From NCBI GenBank assembly GCA_046329175.1, contig JAXLVE010000003.1, positions 18,902-82,901 of the forward strand: a stretch of 64,000 bases of DNA. Reading direction: 5' to 3'. The translations under genes were made by a program, and so were the position numbers. A model generated the notes under the pieces. That model saw nothing but the letters and a program-made list of their open reading frames with translations, was not told the origin of the DNA and searched no databases. This document shows positions 52,581 to 63,612 of the stretch, piece after piece. This DNA comes from Flavobacteriaceae bacterium. Lineage in GTDB: Bacteria; Bacteroidota; Bacteroidia; Flavobacteriales; Flavobacteriaceae. Each line of letters begins with the position of its first letter. Positions within the stretch are counted from its first letter, which is position 1.

Positions 52581-55500
52581 TTGAGCAACAACAGCGTTAT
52601 TCAGATTTTTGACGCTTCGGTAAAAGCCAAGCAAATCAGTGAAAACCTCAGCCTTGACCGCAGCAAATTGCATGTTAAAGGCCTCGTAGGTTCGGGCTTA
52701 TCATTGCTGGTTCAATCGGTTTTTAAGCAAAGTCATCGCCCGTTTTTACTGATTTTAAACGACAAAGAAGAAGCGGCCTATCACCTCAACGATCTTGAGC
52801 AAATGCTCTCTGAAGAAGATGTGCTCTTTTATCCGGGCTCGTATCGTCGGCCTTATCAAATTGAAGAAACCGACAACGCCAATGTGCTTTTGCGCGCCGA
52901 GGTGCTCAACCGGATTAATTCGCGCAAAAAACCCGCGCTGATTGTGACTTATCCCGAAGCTTTGTTTGAGAAAGTCGTGACCAAAAAAGAACTCGACAAA
53001 AACACACTCAAAGTAGCCGTGGGCGATCAGATTTCGATTGAATTCATCAACGAAGTTTTGTTTGAATACGAATTTAAGCGTGTTGATTTTATCAGTGAAC
53101 CCGGCGAATTTTCGGTGCGCGGTGGTATTATTGATGTGTTTTCATTCTCGAACGACCATCCGTATCGCATCGAGTTTTTTGGCAATGAAGTTGACAGCAT
53201 CCGAACCTTTGACGTCGAGACGCAATTGTCAATTGAAAAGAAAAAGAAGATTGCCATTATTCCGAATGTTGAAAATAAATTCTTTCAAGAATTGCGCGAG
53301 AGTTTCTTGCAATACATCGCGCCGGACACCGTCATTTGGGCACAAAACTCTGAACTTTTATCGTCTAAACTCGACAAATTATTTGACAAAGCCTCCGATA
53401 TTTTTCGCAGTCTCGACGCAACGATTCAGCAAGTTGAACCCGAGAAAATTTTCTTGAACGGAACAGCCATCGCCAAGCAAATGTTTGATTTTTCTTGTAT
53501 AGAACTCGGAAATGAAACGCTTTTTCAACCAGCTAAAACTTTTGAATTTTTACAGCGTCCGCAACCTTCGTTCAACAAACAATTTGATTTGCTTTTGAAC
53601 GATTTGAGCGAGTTGCATTTTAACGGTTACAAAAACTATCTTTTTTGCAGCAATACTTCGCAAGAAAAGCGTTTTCACGATATTTTTGAAAGCCTCGAAG
53701 ACGAAGGCCAAAGCCTTTCAAGCCGTCAATACCACACAATTAATCTGCCTTTATATCAAGGTTTTATTGATGACGAGAATCAATTGGCGTGTTATACCGA
53801 TCATCAGATTTTTGAGCGTTACCACAAGTTCAGCATCAAAAACGGTTATGCCAAAAAGCAAACCATCACACTCAAAGAACTCAATACTTTGTCTGTGGGC
53901 GATTATGTGACGCACATTGATCACGGCATCGGAAAATTTGGCGGTTTGCAAAAAATTCAAGTCGAAGGCAAAACCCAAGAAGCCATAAAACTGGTCTATG
54001 CCGACAACGACATTGTGTATGTGAGCATTCACTCATTGCACAAAATCTCAAAATACAACGGTAAAGACGGAGCGCCGCCCAAAATCTACAAACTCGGTTC
54101 GAGCGCCTGGAAAGTGCTCAAGCAAAAAACCAAAGCGCGCGTCAAACACATTGCGTTCAATCTGATTCAACTGTATGCCAAACGCAAACTCGAAAAAGGT
54201 TATCGCTATGCGCCCGACAGCTATATGCAAGCCGAATTAGAAAGCTCGTTTATTTATGAAGATACGCCCGATCAGCTCAAGGCCACGCAAGAAGTCAAAG
54301 CCGACATGGAAAGTGATCGCCCGATGGATCGTTTGGTCTGTGGCGATGTCGGATTCGGAAAAACCGAAGTGGCCATTCGCGCTGCATTTAAAGCCGTCGA
54401 CAACGGAAAACAAGTAGCAGTGCTGGTTCCGACGACAATTTTGGCTTATCAACACTTTAGAACTTTTTCGGATCGACTCAAAGATATGCCGGTAACGATT
54501 GGTTATTTGAATCGATTTAGAAGCGCCAAACAAAAAACCGAAACGCTTAAGCAACTCGCCGAAGGTAAACTCGATATTGTGATTGGAACGCATCAATTGG
54601 TCAACAAAAATGTACAATTCAAAGATTTGGGATTGCTCATTGTGGATGAAGAACAGAAGTTTGGTGTGAACGTAAAAGACAAACTCAAAACGATTGCGGC
54701 CAATGTCGACACGCTGACTCTGACGGCCACGCCGATTCCGCGAACACTGCAATTTTCACTGATGGCTGCGCGCGATTTATCGGTAATTTCGACGCCTCCG
54801 CCCAATCGCTATCCGATTGAAACCAGCGTGGTAGGCTTTAATGAAGAGCTCATCCGCGATGCTATTTCGTATGAAATTCAACGCAACGGACAAGTGTTTT
54901 TTATCAACAACCGCATTGAAAACATCAAAGAAGTGGCCGGTATGATTCAGCGCTTGGTGCCCGATGCGCGCATTGGTGTGGGCCACGGTCAAATGGACGG
55001 CAGCAAACTTGAAGAACTGATGCTCGCCTTTATGACTGGAGAATTCGATGTTTTGGTTTCGACCACGATTATTGAAAGCGGACTCGACGTGCCGAACGCC
55101 AATACAATTTTCATCAACAATGCCAATAATTTTGGGCTTTCAGACTTGCATCAGATGCGCGGTCGTGTGGGTCGAAGCAACAAAAAAGCGTTCTGTTATT
55201 TTATTTGTCCGCCGTTTTCGGCCATGACCGAAGATGCGCGCAAACGCATCCACGCTTTGCAACAATACAGTGAGCTCGGTAGCGGATTCAACATCGCTAT
55301 GAAGGATTTAGAAATTCGCGGCGCTGGTGATTTACTCGGCGGGGAACAAAGTGGTTTTATCAATGAGATTGGTTTTGAGACCTATCAGAAAATCATGAAC
55401 GAGGCTATTGAAGAGCTCAAAGAAAACGAATTCAAGGAATTGTATGAATCCGAAGATAACGCAGAGAAAGACTATGTGAAAGACATGCAAATCGACACGG

Positions 55501-55940
55501 ATTTTGAATTGCTCTTTCCCGATGAATACATCAACAATATTTCAGAGCGTTTGAATTTGTACAATGAACTCAGCCAAATCAAAAACGAAGATGAGCTCAA
55601 GGTGTATGAAAACAAACTCATTGATCGCTTCGGGCCGTTGCCAAAACCAGCCGTTTCGCTTTTGTCAAGCATCAAAATGAAATGGTTGGCCACGCATTTG
55701 GGTATCGAAAAACTCGTGCTCAAACAAGGCAAAATGATTGGGTATTTTGTGTCGGATCAACAGAGTGATTACTACACTTCAAATCAGTTTCACAAGGTGT
55801 TGCAATTTATTCAAAAGCAAGCGCAATTGTGCAGAATGAAAGAAAAACAAACTCCGTCAGGCTTGCGTTTGCTAATTACTTTTGAGAACGTCAAATCCAT
55901 CCGACGAGCACTCGAACTCATTGAGCTCATGGCCGGTTAA
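52581..55940 (+). CDS. mfd: transcription-repair coupling factor
   Basis: 1119 aa. UvrB-homology N-terminus and the RNAP-interacting domain are present. The superfamily-2 helicase motifs include GDVGFGKTEV, DEEQKFG and the QLHQMRGRVGRS-like LHQMRGRVGRS. A TRG motif is also present. TTG start. Confidence 0.9.
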   Translation: MSNNSVIQIFDASVKAKQISENLSLDRSKLHVKGLVGSGLSLLVQSVFKQSHRPFLLILNDKEEAAYHLNDLEQMLSEEDVLFYPGSYRRPYQIEETDNANVLLRAEVLNRINSRKKPALIVTYPEALFEKVVTKKELDKNTLKVAVGDQISIEFINEVLFEYEFKRVDFISEPGEFSVRGGIIDVFSFSNDHPYRIEFFGNEVDSIRTFDVETQLSIEKKKKIAIIPNVENKFFQELRESFLQYIAPDTVIWAQNSELLSSKLDKLFDKASDIFRSLDATIQQVEPEKIFLNGTAIAKQMFDFSCIELGNETLFQPAKTFEFLQRPQPSFNKQFDLLLNDLSELHFNGYKNYLFCSNTSQEKRFHDIFESLEDEGQSLSSRQYHTINLPLYQGFIDDENQLACYTDHQIFERYHKFSIKNGYAKKQTITLKELNTLSVGDYVTHIDHGIGKFGGLQKIQVEGKTQEAIKLVYADNDIVYVSIHSLHKISKYNGKDGAPPKIYKLGSSAWKVLKQKTKARVKHIAFNLIQLYAKRKLEKGYRYAPDSYMQAELESSFIYEDTPDQLKATQEVKADMESDRPMDRLVCGDVGFGKTEVAIRAAFKAVDNGKQVAVLVPTTILAYQHFRTFSDRLKDMPVTIGYLNRFRSAKQKTETLKQLAEGKLDIVIGTHQLVNKNVQFKDLGLLIVDEEQKFGVNVKDKLKTIAANVDTLTLTATPIPRTLQFSLMAARDLSVISTPPPNRYPIETSVVGFNEELIRDAISYEIQRNGQVFFINNRIENIKEVAGMIQRLVPDARIGVGHGQMDGSKLEELMLAFMTGEFDVLVSTTIIESGLDVPNANTIFINNANNFGLSDLHQMRGRVGRSNKKAFCYFICPPFSAMTEDARKRIHALQQYSELGSGFNIAMKDLEIRGAGDLLGGEQSGFINEIGFETYQKIMNEAIEELKENEFKELYESEDNAEKDYVKDMQIDTDFELLFPDEYINNISERLNLYNELSQIKNEDELKVYENKLIDRFGPLPKPAVSLLSSIKMKWLATHLGIEKLVLKQGKMIGYFVSDQQSDYYTSNQFHKVLQFIQKQAQLCRMKEKQTPSGLRLLITFENVKSIRRALELIELMAG

Positions 55941-56624
55941 TCAGAAAAAATTGTGGATGCTTTGTGCTAAAAAAGCAGCATCCATTTGTTCTATAGAATG
56001 TGGAACTTCTTTGTGCACTATACATTGCGCATGTGGCAAAAGATGTGTCATGTGGCGTGTTTCATCAATGCTCACCATTTGATCTTTATCGCCAATGGTG
56101 AGTAAAACTGGAGTGGCAATTTGCTCAAATTCTTTCTCACTAAGCGGTGGATTCTCTCCCATTTCCAACATCATTTGGGCTGTTTTTTGCATCAATTCAG
56201 GCCATGATTTGCCGTGGAGTTTTTCTAAACTTTTGGCCCATTGCGGCACTTTTTTCAGAACTATTTCAGGCTGTAGCATTTGTGCTTCACGGATTGCGCT
56301 CTCGGGGTTCCAATCCCATTTGGTGCCCAAAGTAAAAATCTTAGAAACCTTTTCAGGATGTTGATTTGCCAGATAAACTGCGACATAACCGCCCATACTA
56401 TATCCGAAAACATTGATTTTTTCAAGGTTATTTTGATTGAGATAATCGCTGACTTCTTCCGCAAAAACAGCGATTGAAAAACCTGCCGGACTTGCCGGTT
56501 TATCCCCGTGCCCTGAAAAATTGAGCGTGTACAATACGTAGTGCTGATCCAGAACAGCCATGAGCGGTTTAAAATAAGCGGTGCTGCCGAGCGCTCCGTG
56601 CAAGAGCAATAGTTTTGGTTTCAT
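55941..56624 (-). CDS. alpha/beta-fold hydrolase
   Basis: 227 aa. LLLHGALGS oxyanion region and GYSMGG nucleophile elbow. Confidence 0.8.
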   Translation of the reverse strand: MKPKLLLLHGALGSTAYFKPLMAVLDQHYVLYTLNFSGHGDKPASPAGFSIAVFAEEVSDYLNQNNLEKINVFGYSMGGYVAVYLANQHPEKVSKIFTLGTKWDWNPESAIREAQMLQPEIVLKKVPQWAKSLEKLHGKSWPELMQKTAQMMLEMGENPPLSEKEFEQIATPVLLTIGDKDQMVSIDETRHMTHLLPHAQCIVHKEVPHSIEQMDAAFLAQSIHNFF

Positions 56625-56629
56625 AGCGA

Positions 56630-56654
56630 TAAAAAAACCACTCCGAAGAGTGGC
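56630..56654 (-). terminator. intrinsic terminator of the metalloprotease gene
   Basis: On the minus strand: ccactc-ttcg-gagtgg followed by ttttttt. Confidence 0.6.
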
Positions 56655-56659
56655 TATAA

Positions 56660-58843
56660 TTAGTTGGTTTTCACGATTTTAAAATGCGCTTCTCGGTCTC
56701 CGAATTTAAGCGTAAAGAAATAGGTTCCGCGCGCAAACGAAGACAGATCAACTTGTGCTTCGGGTTTGTTGATTTGTTTTTGGAACAACAAACGACCTTC
56801 TAGGTTATGCACTATAACTTCTCTTAGATTGAGTCGAGCTGAAATATTCAAATTCCCTTTGACCGGATTGGGCCAATATGTAAAGTCAATGTCGGATTCA
56901 AAAGCGGTGTTTGCGAGTCTGTTTTCGCAGGCAATATTTGCTTGGTAACCCGCTGCTGTAACTCCGCCGTCTGAGTAAAATTTAATGGTTAATGAACCAT
57001 CACTTGCGGTTGAGACGAATGGCCCAGGAATGTTGTTTCCGGTAAAACCTCCTCCGCTTAAATCAGGTGCGCTAGTTGAGTTTCCGTCATACACATACAA
57101 GTAATCATAATCTTGTTCCAAGTCAAATTCTGTAAATGTCAAACGGATATTTTTGTTGGGTAAATTCGGAATAATGGTTCTGACATAGGTTTCAGAATCT
57201 TCGTAATTATCGGTGGTTCCGCCCGTATCGGTAATCGAAATACCACTGCAATAATTCGCACCCGTGATCACGATGGTTTTTTCGTCCGGGGCAAACAAAC
57301 CACCAGTACATATTGGACGCACGCGTACTTTGTAGTAAACATTGGCGGACAATCCGGTAGCGCTGTATGATGGAGCACTCACGTTATTCCACACGATATT
57401 GGTACTACTAAAAGGTGTTACGGCTACTTGCCAATTGGTGGTTCCCGAGCTGTCAACCCATGTAATTTGCGCAGTTCCGCTGGTAACATTGGTCGTTGAA
57501 ATACTCGAAACCGTATTGATACAAGTGTGAATACAATCGGTGCTCAAGCAGGTTCCTCCGTTAACTTTCCCCAGAATGCGCGCCGCCGGTTGCGGGCCAA
57601 AACCGTTAGAGAAATTAATCCCTACATTGAGCAAATGACAATAACTCATGATGGTTCCTTTAACCGAGTTGGAAGGTATCGGCCCTACATCACAATTGCC
57701 TTCTGCATAACTTGAATTGGCCGTTGGACCACAACCGTCAATAGCGGTGTTGTTCCCGTTCCAAACACAGGCGTGGGTATGCGGCGATCCCATCAAATGC
57801 CCTAATTCGTGGGTGATTACTTCAATGGTCCAAGAAAAAACAGGAACCGTATTATAATCAATCGACAAATCTGAATAACTAAAATTATCTTGGGTACAAA
57901 TACCATTGATGCCCACAGCTACTCCGCCCAAACCTCCGTCGTCGCGACCTACGAGTTGGCCTAAATCGCCATCAAAAACCGGTCTGACTTCATTGAATTT
58001 GAATAAATAATCAGACGAAGAAGTTCCGATGCCATCATAAGGATCAGCGGTTGTCCAAATGTAAATAGACTTAATCGCGGTGGTGATTCCGTCGTTGTTA
58101 TAAATGGTTTGCACGTTGTTGAACACGGCAGTCATCCAGTTGGTGGTCGTAGTCGTGCTGCTGTTGTTGTCTTGATATAAATCGTTGTCAATTTCAAAAT
58201 AAATAGTCACACATTTTAGACTCAGAGCCTCTGCTGAACGGTTTGTTTCTGTTGTCGATGACTGATTATTATCGCGGGTATGACAATTAAAATTATGGTT
58301 GATTTTGAGCTCAGCGTCGGAATAAACCAAATAATCTGTAGCGTTGTCTTTCTTGCGGATTTTAGCCACCACAATGTTTCCGAAGCCTTCAGCCGAAATC
58401 ACACCGTAAAGTTCATCGTTGAAAAAGCTAAAAGCGACCAATGAATTTTCATCGCCTTTGATGATTCCTCGGTAATACAACCCAGGACTGTAGGGTAGAT
58501 TTCTTTGGTTTGGCGCATCCACGTGAAAACCTTCGGCCAAAACATCTGCTCGATACATTTGAACGGTGATGTTTTTTTGTTGATACGGAACGGTGATTTC
58601 AATGGCACTTTTGGAATCGGTCATCAGCTGCTGCAAAACATCCATTTGCAATCGAACCGCACCCGCTTTGTCAACTGTTTTTTTGATATCAGCCGAAAGC
58701 GGATAATCAGACTGAGAAAGAATAGAATAATTGTGAAAAGTTTCATTTCTGGAAATAAGTTCTTGCACCTTTTGCGCTACCTTTTTCTGGGCAAACAATG
58801 CGGTCGCAAAAACCAAAAGAGCCATCGTCAATAGTTTTTTCAT
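56660..58843 (-). CDS. secreted metzincin (reprolysin-like) zinc protease with Fn3, CUB-like and T9SS type-A C-terminal domains
   Basis: 727 aa. Signal peptide and HELGHLMGSPH (HExxHxxGxxH). An Fn3-like block follows (AQITWVDSSG..WQVAV...YYKVRVRPIC), then a CUB-like block (NYEDSETYVRTI....IRLTFTEFDLEQDYDYLYVYDG...FYSDGGVTAAGYQA). The C-terminus WPNPVKGNLNI... is a CTD-A tail. Confidence 0.8.
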   Translation of the reverse strand: MKKLLTMALLVFATALFAQKKVAQKVQELISRNETFHNYSILSQSDYPLSADIKKTVDKAGAVRLQMDVLQQLMTDSKSAIEITVPYQQKNITVQMYRADVLAEGFHVDAPNQRNLPYSPGLYYRGIIKGDENSLVAFSFFNDELYGVISAEGFGNIVVAKIRKKDNATDYLVYSDAELKINHNFNCHTRDNNQSSTTETNRSAEALSLKCVTIYFEIDNDLYQDNNSSTTTTTNWMTAVFNNVQTIYNNDGITTAIKSIYIWTTADPYDGIGTSSSDYLFKFNEVRPVFDGDLGQLVGRDDGGLGGVAVGINGICTQDNFSYSDLSIDYNTVPVFSWTIEVITHELGHLMGSPHTHACVWNGNNTAIDGCGPTANSSYAEGNCDVGPIPSNSVKGTIMSYCHLLNVGINFSNGFGPQPAARILGKVNGGTCLSTDCIHTCINTVSSISTTNVTSGTAQITWVDSSGTTNWQVAVTPFSSTNIVWNNVSAPSYSATGLSANVYYKVRVRPICTGGLFAPDEKTIVITGANYCSGISITDTGGTTDNYEDSETYVRTIIPNLPNKNIRLTFTEFDLEQDYDYLYVYDGNSTSAPDLSGGGFTGNNIPGPFVSTASDGSLTIKFYSDGGVTAAGYQANIACENRLANTAFESDIDFTYWPNPVKGNLNISARLNLREVIVHNLEGRLLFQKQINKPEAQVDLSSFARGTYFFTLKFGDREAHFKIVKTN

Positions 58844-58899
58844 AGTAGATTTTTTTCAAATGTAGTAATTAAGTCGGCTGAATCAAACTTGTTGGGGTA

Positions 58900-59259
58900 T
58901 CAAAAGTGAAAAAAGGCATCTTCTAAATGTTCTATAATGAACTCATTAGCCTTTTTATAAATAGAAATAATATCAAATCGAACCGAAACATCTAAGTTTT
59001 GCCGAACTACATAAGCATCGATGGCCTGAGTCAGTAATTTGATTTTTTGCGGTTTGACAAATTCGTGGGGCAAACCAAAATCAACACTTGAGCGGGTTTT
59101 GACTTCGACGGCTGCCAAAATGGAATCTTTAATAGCGATGATATCGACCTCGGCTTTTTGGTAATACCAATTGGTTTCAAGAATGTGATAACCTTGCTCT
59201 TCAAGGTAAGCAACCGCTTTTTGTTCGCCTTCTTTTCCGAGTTGGTTGTGCTGTGCCAT
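58900..59259 (-). CDS. YraN-family (UPF0102) endonuclease-like protein
   Basis: 119 aa. G..GE..A..YL...GY.IL..NW......E.DII, followed by EVKTR. This is a PD-(D/E)xK-like pattern. Confidence 0.8.
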   Translation of the reverse strand: MAQHNQLGKEGEQKAVAYLEEQGYHILETNWYYQKAEVDIIAIKDSILAAVEVKTRSSVDFGLPHEFVKPQKIKLLTQAIDAYVVRQNLDVSVRFDIISIYKKANEFIIEHLEDAFFHF

Positions 59260-59264
59260 GACTG

Positions 59265-60239
59265 CTACATAAAAGTGACCTCAGCTCCGGAATCGGTCAC
59301 GTTGACTTGAACCGTTTTGCCCAAAATGAGCGCACGATTATCTTTGATATGCCCAGCCGGAAAGTTATAAATTACGGGGATTTTGCTGTCTTTAAGAACG
59401 TCTTGAATAATCTCCACCGCATCTTTACCCCACGGAATTTCGTTGTCGTTCATACTGGTCATTCCGCCCACAATCACCGCTTTGAGTCCGTCAAAATAAC
59501 CATTGCGTTTGAGGTTCATCATCATGCGATCGATGTGGTATAAATACTCATCCAAATCTTCGATGAACAAGATTTTTCCTTTGTAATCAAGTGCCGATTT
59601 TGATCCGATGATGCTGTAAATTACCGATAGATTTCCACCCACAAGTTCACCTTTGGCCGTTCCTTTTTTGTTGAACGGATGCGCTGGAATGCTGTATTTC
59701 AATGGTTGCCCGAACAGAGCTTTTCTCAAACTCTCGAGCGCTTCCGGTGTGGCTTTTTCAAAACTTTGCGCCATAATGGCGTGTAGCGTTTCAATACCCA
59801 TTTGATTGATGTGGCTGTGCAAGACCGTCATATCACTAAAACCCACAACCCATTTGGGCTTTTGTTTGAACTTTGAAAAATCAATGCGGTCCACAATACG
59901 CACGGTTCCGTAGCCGCCTTTGCCGCCGAGTATCGCTTTGATTTTGGGATTGTCGAGCATTTCCTGAAAATCTTCGGCGCGCAACCAATCGGGGCCGGCT
60001 AGCTGATGATCTTCTTTGCCGATGGTTTTGCCCAAAACTACATGTAAACCCCAACTTTCGAGGATTTTAATCGCCGGTTTGAGCGCTTCTTGATCTATTT
60101 TTCGGGCGGTGGCCAAAATACCGATGGTGTCTCCTTTGTGTAAAAATTCTGGTGTAATCATTTTTCGTTGGGCTATAGATTGCGCGTAAATGAAAAATCC
60201 GATGATGAGATAAACGAATGTGAAACGGTGACTTTTCAT
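59265..60239 (-). CDS. S66-family LD-carboxypeptidase
   Basis: 324 aa. GFSDMTVLH nucleophile motif, with later E and H catalytic-region patterns. N-terminal signal/anchor present. Confidence 0.8.
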   Translation of the reverse strand: MKSHRFTFVYLIIGFFIYAQSIAQRKMITPEFLHKGDTIGILATARKIDQEALKPAIKILESWGLHVVLGKTIGKEDHQLAGPDWLRAEDFQEMLDNPKIKAILGGKGGYGTVRIVDRIDFSKFKQKPKWVVGFSDMTVLHSHINQMGIETLHAIMAQSFEKATPEALESLRKALFGQPLKYSIPAHPFNKKGTAKGELVGGNLSVIYSIIGSKSALDYKGKILFIEDLDEYLYHIDRMMMNLKRNGYFDGLKAVIVGGMTSMNDNEIPWGKDAVEIIQDVLKDSKIPVIYNFPAGHIKDNRALILGKTVQVNVTDSGAEVTFM

Positions 60240-60300
60240 TACTTAATTTGTTCGGTAAGCAAATATAAACATCTTGGTCAGATTATCGAGCGTGAACAGA

Positions 60301-60381
60301 TTCTCTAGCGCTGATAGAAGCGGCATCCTTGGGCGGCCGGGTTGGCCACCCAAGATACAGCGGATAGCAGCAAATAGCTCC
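60301..60381. repeat. REP-like structured intergenic repeat, subfamily A (copy 3 of 3)
   Basis: ttctctagcgctgatagaagcggcatccttgggcggcc-gggt-tggccacccaagatacagcggatagcagcaaatagctc. Lies in the divergent intergenic region upstream of metG. Confidence 0.55.
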
Positions 60382-60442
60382 TGATAAAAAGCATCAAAAT
60401 CCGGATTCTATTGTTTATTTTTGCGGTCAATTATTCCGACGT

Positions 60443-62500
60443 ATGATACAAAATCCAAAAAGATACACCATCACGGCTGCTTTGCCTTACACCAACGGCC
60501 CGATCCATATTGGACACTTGGCCGGTGTTTATGTTCCCTCTGATATTTATGCCCGCTACCTTCGCTTGCAGGGTAAAGATGTGGCTTTCATCTGCGGAAG
60601 CGACGAACACGGCGTGGCTATTTCGATGAAAGCGCGCAAAGAAGGCATTACCCCGCAGGAAGTGATTGACAAATACGATGGCATCATCCGTCAATCGTTT
60701 GTTGATTTTGGTATTTCGTTCGACAATTACTCACGCACTTCTGCCGAGATTCACCATAAAACCGCTTCTGAATTTTTCAGAAAACTCTACGACGAAGGAA
60801 AATTCATCGAAGAAGAAACTGAACAACTCTACGATGCCAAAGCCGGGCAATTTTTGGCCGATCGTTTTGTAACCGGTACTTGCCCAAAATGCGGCAATGA
60901 AGAAGCCTATGGTGATCAGTGCGAAAAATGTGGTTCAACGCTCAATGCAACCGATTTGATCAACCCAAAATCAACCATTACTGGTGAAACGCCTGTTTTA
61001 AAAACCACCAAACATTGGTTTTTACCTTTAGACCAATACGATGCTTTCCTGCGCGAATGGATTTTGCATGGACACAAAAACGATTGGAAACCCAATGTTT
61101 ATGGCCAAGTAAAATCATGGCTGGACGATGGCTTAAAACCTCGAGCGGTGACCCGCGATTTGGATTGGGGCATTGATGTTCCGGTAGCCGGTGCAGAGGG
61201 CAAAAAACTCTACGTTTGGTTTGATGCGCCGATTGGTTACATTTCATCCACCAAAGAATGGGCAGCGCGCGAAGGCAAAGAGTGGGAACCATATTGGAAG
61301 AGTGACGACACCAAACTCGTGCATTTTATCGGGAAAGACAATATTGTTTTTCACTGTGTGATTTTCCCGGCCATGCTCAAAGCAGAAGGCAGTTATATTT
61401 TGCCCGATAATGTTCCGGCCAATGAATTCTTAAACCTCGAAGGCAACAAACTCTCAACTTCAAAGAACTGGGCGGTTTGGTTGCACGAATACCTCAAAGA
61501 TTTTCCGGAGCAACAAGATGCTTTGCGTTATGCACTTACGGCCAATGCGCCCGAAACCAAAGACAACGATTTTACTTGGAAAGATTTTCAGGCGCGCAAC
61601 AACAATGAGCTCGCTGCTATTTATGGCAACTTCATCAACCGTGTAGTGGTTTTGACCCACAAATATTTTGACGGAATCGTTCCGCAACCGAATGCTTTTT
61701 CACCCGCTGATGAACAAGTCTTGAATGAACTGAAAACTCATCCAGCCGTGATTGCCAGTTCCGTTGAACGTTACCGATTCCGAGAAGCCTTAGGCGAACT
61801 GATGAATGTAGCCCGTTTGGGCAACAAATACCTGGCCGATGAAGAACCTTGGAAAGTCTACAAAACCGATCCGGACCGTGTAAAAACCCAACTTTATGTT
61901 GCCTTGCAAATCGCAACCGCATTGCGGGTTTTAAGTGAGCCTTTCTTGCCGTTTACCGCTCGTAAATTGCATCGTATTCTGAATTTGTCGCAAGCACCAT
62001 CTTGGAATTCACTAAGTGAAAAACCAGAATCTTTGGCGGTTGGGCATCAACTTGGCGCTGCTGAAATTTTATTTCCGCAAATTGAAGACACACAAATTCA
62101 ACAACAAATCGATCGCCTAGAAGCGACCAAAACCGCGAATCTTGCACAATCCAAAACTATGACTCCACAAAAAGAACTTGTCTCGTTTGACGACTTTGCT
62201 AAAATGGACCTGCGTGTGGGAACCATTTTAGAAGCTGAAAAAATGCCTAAAGCCAATAAACTTCTGGTCCTTAAAGTGGATACTGGAATTGATGTCCGCA
62301 CTATTGTTTCGGGCATTGCCGAAAGCTTTTCGCCAGAAGAAGTCATCGGAAAAAAAGTAACCGTTTTGGTCAACTTGGCTCCCAGAAACCTCAGAGGTGT
62401 TGAAAGTCAAGGAATGATTTTGATGACATCGGACGCAAGCGGAAAATTAGTATTTGTGAATCCGGATGCTGAGGCTGAAAATGGAGCTACAATTAGTTAG
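60443..62500 (+). CDS. metG: methionyl-tRNA synthetase (with C-terminal tRNA-binding/EMAP-like domain)
   Basis: 685 aa. HIGH-type motif (PIHIGHLAG), Zn knuckles CPKCG...CEKCG and KLSTSK (KMSKS). The C-terminal DLRVG....KL OB-fold is present. Confidence 0.92.
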   Translation: MIQNPKRYTITAALPYTNGPIHIGHLAGVYVPSDIYARYLRLQGKDVAFICGSDEHGVAISMKARKEGITPQEVIDKYDGIIRQSFVDFGISFDNYSRTSAEIHHKTASEFFRKLYDEGKFIEEETEQLYDAKAGQFLADRFVTGTCPKCGNEEAYGDQCEKCGSTLNATDLINPKSTITGETPVLKTTKHWFLPLDQYDAFLREWILHGHKNDWKPNVYGQVKSWLDDGLKPRAVTRDLDWGIDVPVAGAEGKKLYVWFDAPIGYISSTKEWAAREGKEWEPYWKSDDTKLVHFIGKDNIVFHCVIFPAMLKAEGSYILPDNVPANEFLNLEGNKLSTSKNWAVWLHEYLKDFPEQQDALRYALTANAPETKDNDFTWKDFQARNNNELAAIYGNFINRVVVLTHKYFDGIVPQPNAFSPADEQVLNELKTHPAVIASSVERYRFREALGELMNVARLGNKYLADEEPWKVYKTDPDRVKTQLYVALQIATALRVLSEPFLPFTARKLHRILNLSQAPSWNSLSEKPESLAVGHQLGAAEILFPQIEDTQIQQQIDRLEATKTANLAQSKTMTPQKELVSFDDFAKMDLRVGTILEAEKMPKANKLLVLKVDTGIDVRTIVSGIAESFSPEEVIGKKVTVLVNLAPRNLRGVESQGMILMTSDASGKLVFVNPDAEAENGATIS

Positions 62501-62549
62501 CTTTTTTCAAACGTTTTGTTGAAATCTTCAATTAAATAAATGGTCTTTT

Positions 62550-63242
62550 ATGGAAATGAAAAATCTAAAAGTAATCGCCTTTGACGCCGACGATACTTTA
62601 TTTGTCAACGAACCATATTTTCAAGAAACAGAACAAAAGTTCTGTGCTTTGATGAGTGATTATCTCTCGCAACAAGGTTTGTCTCAAGAATTATTCAAAA
62701 CTGAGATTGCTAATCTAAACCTCTACGGCTATGGAATCAAAGGTTATATCCTATCAATGATTGAAGCGGCTATGAAGATTTCAAACAATACCATTTCGAT
62801 TGAAATTGTTGAGAAAATCATCCAATACGGAAAAGAATTGCTAGAAAAACCTATTGAATTGCTCGACGGTGTTGAAGACACACTCAAAGCGCTCGAAGGA
62901 AAATACAAACTCATCGTAGCGACCAAAGGCGATCTCAAAGACCAACAACGCAAACTACACGATTCAGGTTTAGGGCCCTATTTTCACCATATAGAAGTCA
63001 TGGCCGACAAACAAGAAATCAATTATCAGAAACTACTCAAGCGCCTTGAAATTGAGCCTCATGAATTTTTTATGATAGGAAACTCGCTCAAATCAGATGT
63101 TTTACCGGTTTTGGCCATTGGCGGTTATGCCGTTCACATTCCGTTCCACACAACTTGGGAGCACGAAAAAATTCACCATAAAGTAGAACACCCAAACTTC
63201 AAAACGCTCGAGAAAATTACCGATGTACTTGGTCTTCTGTAA
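62550..63242 (+). CDS. HAD-superfamily hydrolase
   Basis: 230 aa. Motif I FDADDTL, motif II VATKG, and motif III/IV K....GNSLKSDV. Confidence 0.8.
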   Translation: MEMKNLKVIAFDADDTLFVNEPYFQETEQKFCALMSDYLSQQGLSQELFKTEIANLNLYGYGIKGYILSMIEAAMKISNNTISIEIVEKIIQYGKELLEKPIELLDGVEDTLKALEGKYKLIVATKGDLKDQQRKLHDSGLGPYFHHIEVMADKQEINYQKLLKRLEIEPHEFFMIGNSLKSDVLPVLAIGGYAVHIPFHTTWEHEKIHHKVEHPNFKTLEKITDVLGLL

Positions 63243-63279
63243 CCCAATTTTTATGAAATTCAAGTCATCGAAAGTTGTG

Positions 63280-63612
63280 TTATTTACCCAAGAGTAACAT
63301 ATCGTTTAATACGACTTCGGTTATATATTTTTTTTCACCGTTTTTGTCATCATAACTTCGATGCGTGAGTTTGCCTTCAACAGCAATCTGCGTTCCTTTT
63401 GAAGTATATTTTTCGATGATTTCAGCCGATTTTCCCCAAGCAATTAAATGATGCCATTGGGTTTCGGTGACTTTTTCTCCTTTGTCATTTTTGTAGTTTT
63501 CGTTGGTAGCTAAGGTAAACTTAGCTCTTTTCTTCCCTGAATCTAAAGTCATAATTTCAGGATCATTTCCGATGTTGCCAATTAATTGGACTCTGTTTCT
63601 TAATGCATTCAT
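63280..63612 (-). CDS. ssb: single-stranded DNA-binding protein (short, OB-fold only)
   Basis: 110 aa. MNALRNRVQLIGNIGNDPE...TQWH.LIAWGK.AE. It lacks the acidic C-terminal tail. Confidence 0.8.
   Translation of the reverse strand: MNALRNRVQLIGNIGNDPEIMTLDSGKKRAKFTLATNENYKNDKGEKVTETQWHHLIAWGKSAEIIEKYTSKGTQIAVEGKLTHRSYDDKNGEKKYITEVVLNDMLLLGK

Noticed and set aside
58900-60239. YraN-like nuclease next to an S66 LD-carboxypeptidase (MccF-like), as a possible defence or immunity pair.
   Set aside because: Both are widespread housekeeping families. There are no toxin, ATPase, methyltransferase or other defence hallmarks nearby, and the genes sit between housekeeping loci.
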